Assembly (NCBI GenBank): GCA_965224725.1
Contig: CBDCZZ010000001.1
Coordinates: 37,613 to 101,612 of the forward strand
Reading direction: 5' to 3'
Source of the DNA: Woeseiaceae bacterium
GTDB lineage: Bacteria; Pseudomonadota; Gammaproteobacteria; Steroidobacterales; Woeseiaceae
Length of the DNA: 64,000 nucleotides
Part shown: piece by piece, positions 1 to 7,983 of the stretch
Position numbering within the stretch: the stretch's first letter is position 1
Layout: every line of letters begins with the position of its first letter
Notes under the pieces: generated by a model
Database searches by the model: none
Told to the model about the DNA's origin: nothing
Seen by the model: the letters and a program-made list of their open reading frames with translations, nothing else
Position numbers and translations under genes: made by a program

Positions 1-1053
1 GACCATCGGAACGATTTTGGGATTTTGGCCGCTGAAGTTTGCGATGGCGACCGCGCCGACAAGCTCAGCCAGGGGGCGGGTGAAGTTCGGATCCAGCTCG
101 TTGGCTTCTCTAAGCAGGGTTCGATACTCCTCCGTATATGATCCGCCTCGTACGTTCTCCCGAATCTCTACCGCCTCATGGTACTTGCGATACGCGATCA
201 TGTTGGTGGTCGGTATCGTTCGCTCAATCGGCTCGACGAGCGTCAGGTGCAAGGCATCCGCAATTGAGCGCGCGATATCGTCCTGGATGTCGAAGATACT
301 CGTTGCTGTCAGCTCGCGGTCGTAAGTATCCGCCCACAGGTTCTCGTCGGTCTCGGCGTCGATGAGCTGGGCATTGATGCGCATGCGCTCGCCAATGATC
401 TGCACGCCGCCTTCCAGCAACGCGTCCGCGCCCAGTGCCTCGCCAACCTCGCGTAAGTTGCCTTTGAAGCCCCGGTACTCCATGACCGAAGTTCGTGAGA
501 TGACGAGCATCGATGGCAGTTCCGCGAGCTTCGCCAACAGGTCGCCGTGTACGCCAATTGCGAAGAAATTGCTTTCCTCGTTCTCGGTCAGCGCGTCGAA
601 CGGCAAGACGGCGATCACCGGATTTTCCTTGCGCCGAGATGCTTCGGCACGACCTTCCTCGCGCGCGGCTTCGGCGATTGCCTGTTCACGTTCGAGGTCG
701 CGTTCAGGGTCGAGTACAAACTTGTCGAGGGCAAAGTAGCCGACGGCGAGTGCGAGCGAGACAATGATGATGCGATCGAGACGTCGTGTGCTGGCGGCGA
801 CCGAATCCGACGTTCGATCGACATCCGCGTCACGCAGCAGGCCGTCGGGCGTCAATTCGAATACCCACGCAATAATCACCGCAGGGATGAAGCCGATGGC
901 CAGCACGATAACGATGATGCGAATCGCACCGTCGCTCAGGCCGAAAACCGGGAACAGCGTCTCGACGACCTGGATCAGCAGCCAGCTGACAGCGACGTAT
1001 GCCGCGGCGACACGGAGTACGTTTCTGCGTTTTAGCTCAGCGAATAGCGACAT
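1..1053 (-). CDS. Membrane-anchored TPR-type sensor protein, N-terminal part (gene runs off the left window edge)
   Basis: Own translation from ATG (complement of 1051-1053): MSLFAELKRRNVLRVAAAYVAVSWLLIQVVETLFPVFG... It stays open to base 1 and is absent from the ORF track because it has no stop in the window. The N-terminal anchor motif is homologous to the 47747-49909 product. The following VIAVLPFD... alpha/beta module is homologous to the 61907-63475 product. Confidence 0.6.
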   Translation of the reverse strand, partial: MSLFAELKRRNVLRVAAAYVAVSWLLIQVVETLFPVFGLSDGAIRIIVIVLAIGFIPAVIIAWVFELTPDGLLRDADVDRTSDSVAASTRRLDRIIIVSLALAVGYFALDKFVLDPERDLEREQAIAEAAREEGRAEASRRKENPVIAVLPFDALTENEESNFFAIGVHGDLLAKLAELPSMLVISRTSVMEYRGFKGNLREVGEALGADALLEGGVQIIGERMRINAQLIDAETDENLWADTYDRELTATSIFDIQDDIARSIADALHLTLVEPIERTIPTTNMIAYRKYHEAVEIRENVRGGSYTEEYRTLLREANELDPNFTRPLAELVGAVAIANFSGQNPKIVPMV

Positions 1054-1067
1054 TGGGTATCAGTGAT

Positions 1068-1805
1068 TCAGAGTACGAACGGGATGAGCCACCAGGTTCT
1101 CTTCTTATACGCAGCCCACTCCGGGTAGCGCGACATGCTGGCTTCTTTCATGAGCATATTAACCGTAAACAGCCCGATCCAGACCCACGCGAGCACCACG
1201 ACCGGGATCCAGTGCCAGACCATCATCGCGAAACTGCCATAAATCATGATCTCGCCGAGATAATTCGGGTGCCGGATGTAGCGGTGCATGCCGTCGGTGA
1301 TCAGGCCGCGCTTCTCACGCAGCGTGAAATATTTTTGCGCGTCGGCCGCGATCATGATGACCGAGCCGACCAGGCACAGCGTGATGCAGATGCCGAACCA
1401 CGCGGCATCCGGTAACGGATAGTTTGGTTCCGAGGTTCCGGAGATCAGCAGCCAGCCGAACACCCAGTACCAGCCCAGCACGGCAAGAAACGCGTTAATG
1501 CCGCTTGCGATCGTGATGCGTGGCTGGAAGTTCTGGTCCGGAAAGGCCACGTCCTTGATGATCCAGACAATCCCGTAGCCGCCGTGCATGGCCGCGTAGA
1601 CCCACGCCGCCATCGACCAGTTGTCGTAGCAGTACATGAGCAGCAGCAGGAAGAAGAAGGTGCCTGCTTTCTGGAAGTTGATGACCCAGGAGAATTTCCA
1701 AGGGCGCGGGCCACCGAGGAAATTGCCAACGAAGTAGTTCGTCGTGCGGCGCATGAACTGTGCCCATGCGGGTGCTTCGTAAGCTGTGCTGGTGGCGTTA
1801 TCCAT
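1068..1805 (-). CDS. Polytopic membrane protein, DUF1295 / isoprenylcysteine carboxyl methyltransferase-like family
   Basis: 245-aa ORF with several hydrophobic helices. The C-terminal motif RYIRHPNYLGEIMIYG is typical of the ICMT/DUF1295/steroid-reductase-like superfamily. Confidence 0.75.
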   Translation of the reverse strand: MDNATSTAYEAPAWAQFMRRTTNYFVGNFLGGPRPWKFSWVINFQKAGTFFFLLLLMYCYDNWSMAAWVYAAMHGGYGIVWIIKDVAFPDQNFQPRITIASGINAFLAVLGWYWVFGWLLISGTSEPNYPLPDAAWFGICITLCLVGSVIMIAADAQKYFTLREKRGLITDGMHRYIRHPNYLGEIMIYGSFAMMVWHWIPVVVLAWVWIGLFTVNMLMKEASMSRYPEWAAYKKRTWWLIPFVL

Positions 1806-1853
1806 AGTCCCCTAGTGTAATCTATTCGGCATCAGAATCAGGGGGTTGTACGG

Positions 1854-2987
1854 ATGCTCGGTCTGGCACTTTCCGGCGGCGGATTTCGCGCGACGTTGTT
1901 TCATCTCGGCTCGTTGCTGCGTATCAACGAGGCGGGGCTGCTTGGCAAGCTCGATGAAATCACCAGCGTGTCGGGCGGGTCGATTATTGCCGGGCATCTT
2001 GGTCTGCGTTGGAGACAGCTGGAGTTCGACGAACACGGCGTCGCAACCAACTTCGACACCGAGGTCACTGTGCCGATTCGGGAGTTTTGCAGTCGCACCA
2101 TCGACGTCGGTGTCATTCTCGGCGGCATCATGAATCCAGTACGGCATCCGAGTCACCTGCTCCGAAGTCGTTACCGCAAACATCTCTATGGTGATGGCAC
2201 ACTGCAGGATCTTCCGGCACCCGGCGAAGGTCCTCGCTTCACAATCTATGCAACCAGTCTGCAGACCGGTGCGAGCGTGCGTTTCACCCGAGAGTTTCTC
2301 GGCGAGTATCACCTTGGCCGAATTCCGAACCCGAACATCCTGATCGCCGCTGCTGTCGCTGCCTCGTCGGCATTCCCGCCGCCGCTCTGTCCGCTGAAGC
2401 TGAAGGTTGACCCGGAAAGCTGGATACCCGATGACATTTCCGACCTGCATGGCGATCCGTACCTGATGCGCACCATGTGGCTTGCCGACGGTGGTGTCTA
2501 CGACAATCTCGGGCTCGAACGACTGGTGAGTGTCTGCGACCGCATACTTGTCAGTGATGCCGGCGCGCCGTTCGCGATAAAGAAAAGACTGCGAGCGGTT
2601 CGTTACAGTCAGATCGCTCGTACACGACGCGCAATCAGCATCATGTCCGAGCAGGTGCGTGCCCGTCGCTCACAACGACTTATTCAGCAGTTCGTCGATG
2701 GTGAAAAATCCGGTGCCTACTGGAGCATTGGCACCTGTATCGAAGCGTATCCGTTACTCGAGCAGGGCCTGACCTGTTCGCTGGTCAATGACAGTGACGA
2801 CACTGCAGAGATTGCCGAGATGCGGACACGACTGAACCGCTTCGCCGATGACGAGCAGCGGCGACTGATCAATTGGGGTTACGCGCTGTCCGACGCAGCA
2901 CTGCGCTCCCGTTTCGACATTAGCATTGCCGAGTCGAATGGATTGCCTTATCCGGGGGAGCGCAGCCTGAGCCGCGACTTCAGCTAG
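1854..2987 (+). CDS. Patatin-like phospholipase
   Basis: Oxyanion motif LSGGGFRA, nucleophile elbow VSGGS (GxSxG) and a downstream DGG catalytic Asp motif (LADGGVYDN). Confidence 0.85.
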   Translation: MLGLALSGGGFRATLFHLGSLLRINEAGLLGKLDEITSVSGGSIIAGHLGLRWRQLEFDEHGVATNFDTEVTVPIREFCSRTIDVGVILGGIMNPVRHPSHLLRSRYRKHLYGDGTLQDLPAPGEGPRFTIYATSLQTGASVRFTREFLGEYHLGRIPNPNILIAAAVAASSAFPPPLCPLKLKVDPESWIPDDISDLHGDPYLMRTMWLADGGVYDNLGLERLVSVCDRILVSDAGAPFAIKKRLRAVRYSQIARTRRAISIMSEQVRARRSQRLIQQFVDGEKSGAYWSIGTCIEAYPLLEQGLTCSLVNDSDDTAEIAEMRTRLNRFADDEQRRLINWGYALSDAALRSRFDISIAESNGLPYPGERSLSRDFS

Positions 2988-3286
2988 TCGACGATGATGC
3001 GGCCGGTGCGTGGAGCAGCCGACGGGTCGTTCTGCACCGTGTAGCTGTAGTCGTAGTTGCCGTTAGCACTTCCGTTGACCGTGTACTGCGACGAGTTTCC
3101 GCCGGCTGCGATCTGGACGGGGCTCGTCGGATCGCCGGAAAACGGGCTCTGGCCACCGGTATTGTCCGGCAAGTTGAGCGTGATCGACTTGTTATTCAAC
3201 GTGTTGTGGAACGTGACTTTATCGCTCGTAGCCACGGTTGTGTCGCCTACGTTGGCGTTACCGAGATTGATCGTAACGTCTGCCAT
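2984..3286 (-). CDS. Small beta-rich hypothetical protein (100 aa), third gene of the TIR/SLOG cluster
   Basis: ORF with an AAGGAG Shine-Dalgarno 6 nt upstream, 41 bp downstream of the TIR gene on the same strand. Ser/Thr/Asn/Gly-rich, no signal peptide, ends GRIIVD (cupredoxin-like strand pattern but no Cu ligands). No family recognised. Confidence 0.55.
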   Translation of the reverse strand: MADVTINLGNANVGDTTVATSDKVTFHNTLNNKSITLNLPDNTGGQSPFSGDPTSPVQIAAGGNSSQYTVNGSANGNYDYSYTVQNDPSAAPRTGRIIVD

Positions 3287-3327
3287 CTTGTTCTCCTTAT
3301 TGGGACGTACAGACCAATTGTAGCAAG

Positions 3328-5037
3328 TCAGGGGGATATAGCCATGCGCGGATCTTCAAGCAGCTCGGCAAGTTCGGCGTTGCGTGCAAGCTGCTGCCGG
3401 GTGAAGCCCGCGTTTAATGCTCGCAGCGCGAGCTCGACGGCCTTGTCTCTGTCGCCGATGACCTCCCAGGTTTCTGCACCGGCGGCAAGTATTTCGCCGG
3501 AGTCCGACGCAAGCGCGAGCGCGGTATCCAGGCGCTGCGATGCCAGTTCGGTTTGCCCCGTCTTCGCGTAGTACAGACCGAGGTCGCTGAATATCCAAGG
3601 GTCGCGAGGATTCTGTTCGCGTGCCGCTTCGGCAATCTCGATCGCACGACCGTATGCCTCGTTGCTTGCTTCCGATTCCGGGTCAGTCAGGCGTAACACC
3701 CAGGCGAGGTTGCCCCAGGCGAGCCAGTCGCTGTCGTCAATGGCGAGTGCTTCACGAAATGCGGCTTCAGCATCGTCATAACGCTCGCCGCGCGAATACG
3801 CCGTGCCGAGATTCGACCAGGCCATGTAGGTCGGCTCAATTTCGAGTGCACGTTGATACATCGCGATCGACTCGGGTATCTGGTTTAACTCGGTAAGCAC
3901 CGATCCCAGGTTGACCAGTGTCGGGTAATGATCCGGTGCGAGTCGCAGCGCCGCCTGCCAAAGCTGTGCTGCTTCGCGGAGCCGGCTCTGGTTGTAAAGG
4001 AAGTTGGCATACGAACTCGCCACCCCGATATGCTCCGGATCGAGCGCGACGGCCTTTTTGTAGTAGGTCTCTGCTTCTTCCGGTCTACCGCGCCTGGTAA
4101 GCATGTTGGCCATTGTCTGGTTCGCCACGGCGTCGTTGGCGTCAATCTGCAGCGCACGCTCTACGGCTGCGAACGCGAGATCGTTGTTGCCAAGCCGTGC
4201 ATGCACCGATGCGAGCGCGACATGAACCGGGGCGAGGCTATCGTCGAGCCTTGCGGCTTCTTCGGCATACGTTTTTGCCTCGTTCAGCAGTTGCTCATCG
4301 CCGGTCAGTGCGTACTGGACTCGCAAGCTGTCGGCGAGCCGCGCGTACGCAAGCGCAAACTCACGATCTGCTTCGGCTGCGCTGCGGAACAGCTCGATTG
4401 ATTGCTCAAGATTGTCGCCCTTGTCCCAGCGTTCGAAAAGATCGAGTCCCTCGAGGTAATAATCGAATGCACTCGGTTCGCCACTGACTTCAGTCGACGT
4501 CGGGCCGCTTTGCGACCACATCCAGGCTATTCCGGCAACGACCAGTAAACCGACTGCAGTCATCATGCTGGCCGATCTCTTGCGGTTGCGCCGCGAAAAG
4601 CCTGCCATCGCCGAGCGGCCTCGCAGCGCGTCGATGAGTCGCTCCGAATATCGAGCATCCGACTGCCTGAAGATCGCCTGCACCCGATTCAGCGCAAGCT
4701 CGAGTTCTCCGGGCATTTTCGCGTCTTCGAGATACACGGGGACGATGTCAATATCGTGATCCAGGGCAAATCCGACTTCACGAACACAATGTGCTGATTC
4801 GAGCGATGCATTGGATACGAAGAACAGGAGTTTTGATGCGCCCTTGATTGCATCCGCAATTTCGCCGCGCCAGGACTTGCCGGCGCCGATGCCTTCGTCG
4901 TACCAGAGATTCAGATCTGCCGCGTGGAGCGCAGCCATGTCTTCGTAGACAGTTGGCGCATCCCTGTGCGCATAGCAAACGAAGACGTACGAGTCGTCAC
5001 CCGTGTAGGCCGGAAACGGTTTTTCCAGTTCACTCAT
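3328..5037 (-). CDS. TIR domain - single TM - TPR repeat protein
   Basis: N-terminal TIR_2-type pattern: FVCYAHRD..LWYDEGIGAGKSWRGEI..LLFFVSNASLESAHCVREVGFA, with the conserved Glu. One hydrophobic helix (MMTAVGLLVVAGIAWMW), then about 380 aa of TPR-like repeats. The start overlaps the stop of the upstream gene (ATGA). Confidence 0.85.
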   Translation of the reverse strand: MSELEKPFPAYTGDDSYVFVCYAHRDAPTVYEDMAALHAADLNLWYDEGIGAGKSWRGEIADAIKGASKLLFFVSNASLESAHCVREVGFALDHDIDIVPVYLEDAKMPGELELALNRVQAIFRQSDARYSERLIDALRGRSAMAGFSRRNRKRSASMMTAVGLLVVAGIAWMWSQSGPTSTEVSGEPSAFDYYLEGLDLFERWDKGDNLEQSIELFRSAAEADREFALAYARLADSLRVQYALTGDEQLLNEAKTYAEEAARLDDSLAPVHVALASVHARLGNNDLAFAAVERALQIDANDAVANQTMANMLTRRGRPEEAETYYKKAVALDPEHIGVASSYANFLYNQSRLREAAQLWQAALRLAPDHYPTLVNLGSVLTELNQIPESIAMYQRALEIEPTYMAWSNLGTAYSRGERYDDAEAAFREALAIDDSDWLAWGNLAWVLRLTDPESEASNEAYGRAIEIAEAAREQNPRDPWIFSDLGLYYAKTGQTELASQRLDTALALASDSGEILAAGAETWEVIGDRDKAVELALRALNAGFTRQQLARNAELAELLEDPRMAISP

Positions 5038-6782
5038 CCGCTGCCCATGCGCCAGATTTCAGTCTGATCAAGCGATCGCTCACGATGCATCATAATCCAC
5101 TGCGCGTGCTCGTCCAGCGCCGACCGCCCAAGCACCGTCAGTATCTGGCGTCGTTGCTTGTCGGTCCTGGCAGCGTCAAGTCGTTTGCGCGCGTTAGCAA
5201 AGATACGCAGCATGAATTCGTACTGCTTGATCAGCTCGCTTTCGGCTATTGCGTGTGCGTAACCGTGCCTGACAGCGAACAGCAGCAGTGTCAGGCCCAT
5301 CAGGGCGAGCATTGGTGGCAGCCATTCGGACGGCAGGCGCGAGCCGCCGACCAAAAGAACGATTACAGTAGCCGCGCTCGCAAACAGGCTTACCCGCCCC
5401 AGCGTCTCGGTAATGCGCTGGCGACGTGTGCGTTCACGTACCTTCTGCGCGTAATAACCGAGCTGTCCCGAGTGCGCGGAACCGACCCACTCATTAATAG
5501 AGACCTGAAGTCCGGCAGGGTCTTCCTGCGGCATCGCGTCAGTCACTGTCCCCGAGACGCGCATCGTGTTACGGATCCAGCCGACCTCGGGGTCCTGCAA
5601 TTGCAGGAAGTTGTCGTGCGAGAAGTTCTCGAGATCGTCGGGCGAGACCCCCGCGAGCGCCCAGTAGAACTGCACACGCAGGCCTTCGGCGAGCGTGCGG
5701 TAATCAAGATACTTGCGAAACCAGCCACGTCGAACCGCAAGATTCTGCAGCACCGCGGCGGCAGCAAAACACGCAAGGAACAGGTACAGCAGCGGTTGCT
5801 CGGTGGACAGGTCTGAGTAAAGAATAAAGAGTGCGCCCATGACGAACGCGAACGTATGTGTCGTCCGTAATGTTCGCAGGCTTTTCTTCTGGTAGTGAAT
5901 CGCGAGAAAGTCGGCGCAGCGAAACGAGGCGTCGATGTGTGCGAGACCGTTGATGGCTGTCGGTTCGACGGCTTCGGTTACCAGCGACGGTGACGCATTC
6001 CCGATGTCTTCCCGGAAGCGCTGCGAATCATGACTGAACTCGTTGGCGCGCTTTAATACCTGGTGATGCGAGTCAGGCAGGTCCCTGGTTCGAGGTTGGT
6101 CAGCATCCTTGGTAAACCAGCACCACTCGAGTGGCTCCAGCCCGGCAAGCGGCGCGCCATCTTCGCGGTCGCGCGAGCATACGATGTGGCAGACCAGGTC
6201 GCTTTCGTCGTCGATCAGCATCTGCTGGCTGACGCCCGACTTCCCGGCGTACCCCGGCATGATGTCGTCGTGGTGAAAGTTGACGACCTGGCTGGTGCCG
6301 CCAAGATGGTCCGACTCCTTGCCGTCCCATACCGCGAGCAGCACGTGGCAGTGCGAGGCGAGAAAGATGCCGAGGTGTGCGTAATGCTGCTCCACCGGGG
6401 CGTCATCCGGGAGACCTGAAAGGACGATCACCTCGCTGGCGGCGGAGTACAGTCTGTCGAACCGGTCTGTCGCTTCCTGGTTTTCAAATTCGCCGAGATA
6501 CTCGCTGATCGGCAATGGCAGCGGAACGATCAGCGGCAACTGCATCTCGAGCGCAACTTCGGCGACGAGCTGGTCGGCGCCCTCGGCGAGCGGCGACATG
6601 ACGGTCAGTTCAAGCGCCGGGTAGGCGGTCCGCAGAAACTCGAGTCTCTCGCGCACCAGGTCGCGTATTCCATCGATCTCTGACGCAAGCAGATCGCGAT
6701 GACCTGTCACCGCAACGACAAGTGGTTGTCGGTGCGGTGCAGCATCGTTGCTGTCGACGGACTGGTCTTCGCTCTGGCTCAA
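5034..6782 (-). CDS. SLOG-like Rossmannoid domain fused to two tandem 2-TM SLATT/DUF4231-like modules
   Basis: N-terminal pattern VAVTGHRDL / SPLAEGADQLVAEVAL / LIVPLP / LLAVWDGK..GGTSQVV resembles the YpsA/LOG/DprA (SLOG) superfamily. There are then two units of [..YQKK.. TM TM ..RKYLDYRTLAEGLRVQFYW] and [..YYAQKVRER.. TM TM ..ESELIKQYEFMLRIF]. TTG start assumed. The CDS itself is solid; the domain calls are by eye. Confidence 0.7.
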   Translation of the reverse strand: MSQSEDQSVDSNDAAPHRQPLVVAVTGHRDLLASEIDGIRDLVRERLEFLRTAYPALELTVMSPLAEGADQLVAEVALEMQLPLIVPLPLPISEYLGEFENQEATDRFDRLYSAASEVIVLSGLPDDAPVEQHYAHLGIFLASHCHVLLAVWDGKESDHLGGTSQVVNFHHDDIMPGYAGKSGVSQQMLIDDESDLVCHIVCSRDREDGAPLAGLEPLEWCWFTKDADQPRTRDLPDSHHQVLKRANEFSHDSQRFREDIGNASPSLVTEAVEPTAINGLAHIDASFRCADFLAIHYQKKSLRTLRTTHTFAFVMGALFILYSDLSTEQPLLYLFLACFAAAAVLQNLAVRRGWFRKYLDYRTLAEGLRVQFYWALAGVSPDDLENFSHDNFLQLQDPEVGWIRNTMRVSGTVTDAMPQEDPAGLQVSINEWVGSAHSGQLGYYAQKVRERTRRQRITETLGRVSLFASAATVIVLLVGGSRLPSEWLPPMLALMGLTLLLFAVRHGYAHAIAESELIKQYEFMLRIFANARKRLDAARTDKQRRQILTVLGRSALDEHAQWIMMHRERSLDQTEIWRMGSG

Positions 6783-6823
6783 CGCACATTCTTCTTCTGT
6801 GAGCGTGTTGAGCTAGGGTATTC

Positions 6824-7732
6824 CTAAACATCGACGGAATCCAACAGCGGCCGGATGCGGAAAGACCCTCTTCCAAGTACGAACGCGTTTCCTGCGAGAA
6901 CCAGTGCAAAGCCAATGAGCGTGGTGGCGTCCAGCTCGAGTCCCTCGAATGTCGCCGAAAGTGCAATAGCAACGACCGGGAACATGACCATGGCATAACC
7001 GGCTTTGTGGGCACCGATTCGGCCCAGCAGGGTGAGGTATGCACCGAACGCAACAATGGAGCCGAAGATCGACAGGTAAAACAGCGACGTTACGTATCCA
7101 GTGCTCCAGTCGAACGTAAACGCCTGGCCACTCGCAAGCGCGTATCCGCCGGTCAGCAGGGCGCCGTAAAACATTCCCCAGGCATTCGATTGCAGGACCG
7201 GTAAGCCTTCCTTCTGCGCGGACTGCGAAACCATGTTGCCGAATGAAGCACACAGCGCTCCCAGGACGGCGAGCGAAGAACCGAGAAAGGTTGCATCGTT
7301 GAACGTAAAGTCACCGATCTGCGGCGCGAACAGCACTGCGATGCCGGCGATACCTGCGATGGCACCGACAAGTACGCGTGGGCTGATGCTAGTGCCAAAT
7401 AGTACGCGTGCCAGAATGATGTTCATCCACAGCATCGTCGAGAACGCAATGGCACTGAGCGCGGACACGATATAGATCTGCGCTTTGTAGGTCAGTATGT
7501 AGTTGATGCCGAACAGCAGTGCACCGAGAAGCACGAAGTAGACATGCTGGCGGAGTCCAAATCGGAGCGGCATGCGCCTGAGCGCACACCAGGCAAACAG
7601 CACAGCCGCCGCGATCACATAGCGATAAACAACTGAGACCTCGGGTGCGACGACACCGAGCTGAAACTCGATCGCAAACCACGTCGAGCCCCAGATCAGC
7701 ACCGTCAGTGAGTACAGGGACAGATTGTTCAT
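6824..7732 (-). CDS. DMT (EamA-type) family transporter
   Basis: 302 aa with about 10 TM helices. It has the typical EamA duplication pattern (WGSTWFAI..., FGSIVAFGAYLTLL). Confidence 0.9.
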   Translation of the reverse strand: MNNLSLYSLTVLIWGSTWFAIEFQLGVVAPEVSVVYRYVIAAAVLFAWCALRRMPLRFGLRQHVYFVLLGALLFGINYILTYKAQIYIVSALSAIAFSTMLWMNIILARVLFGTSISPRVLVGAIAGIAGIAVLFAPQIGDFTFNDATFLGSSLAVLGALCASFGNMVSQSAQKEGLPVLQSNAWGMFYGALLTGGYALASGQAFTFDWSTGYVTSLFYLSIFGSIVAFGAYLTLLGRIGAHKAGYAMVMFPVVAIALSATFEGLELDATTLIGFALVLAGNAFVLGRGSFRIRPLLDSVDV

Positions 7733-7890
7733 TTGCAGTACGTCCGGCAGTCGAGCTCGTCCACGGTGTTTTCGAGAATGCGGCGACTCAGGTTGCGGTA
7801 CTTCCGCACACGTGTGGTCGGTGTGAACAGCAGCCCCGCAAGCACACGCCAGCGCGATTCGTGCTGTGGCAAACGGGTTGTGGTGTGCAT
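7729..7890 (-). CDS. Small hypothetical protein (53 aa) translationally coupled to the DMT transporter
   Basis: Own translation: MHTTTRLPQHESRWRVLAGLLFTPTTRVRKYRNLSRRILENTVDELDCRTYCK. AAGGAG SD 6 nt upstream. Its TGA overlaps the ATG of the DMT gene (ATGA). It falls below the length cut-off of the ORF track. Confidence 0.4.
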   Translation of the reverse strand: MHTTTRLPQHESRWRVLAGLLFTPTTRVRKYRNLSRRILENTVDELDCRTYCK

Positions 7891-7983
7891 CGTCATCTCC
7901 TTGCTGGTTTGAGCGTGGAGTTGACTCTACGCAAAATCTGCTGATATAACAGATACACTTTTTGACAAATAAGACCTGTACAG

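Noticed and set aside
4848-5816. 322-aa plus-strand ORF antisense to the TIR and SLOG-SLATT genes.
   Set aside because: It is Arg-rich with low complexity and spans the junction of two well-supported minus-strand genes.
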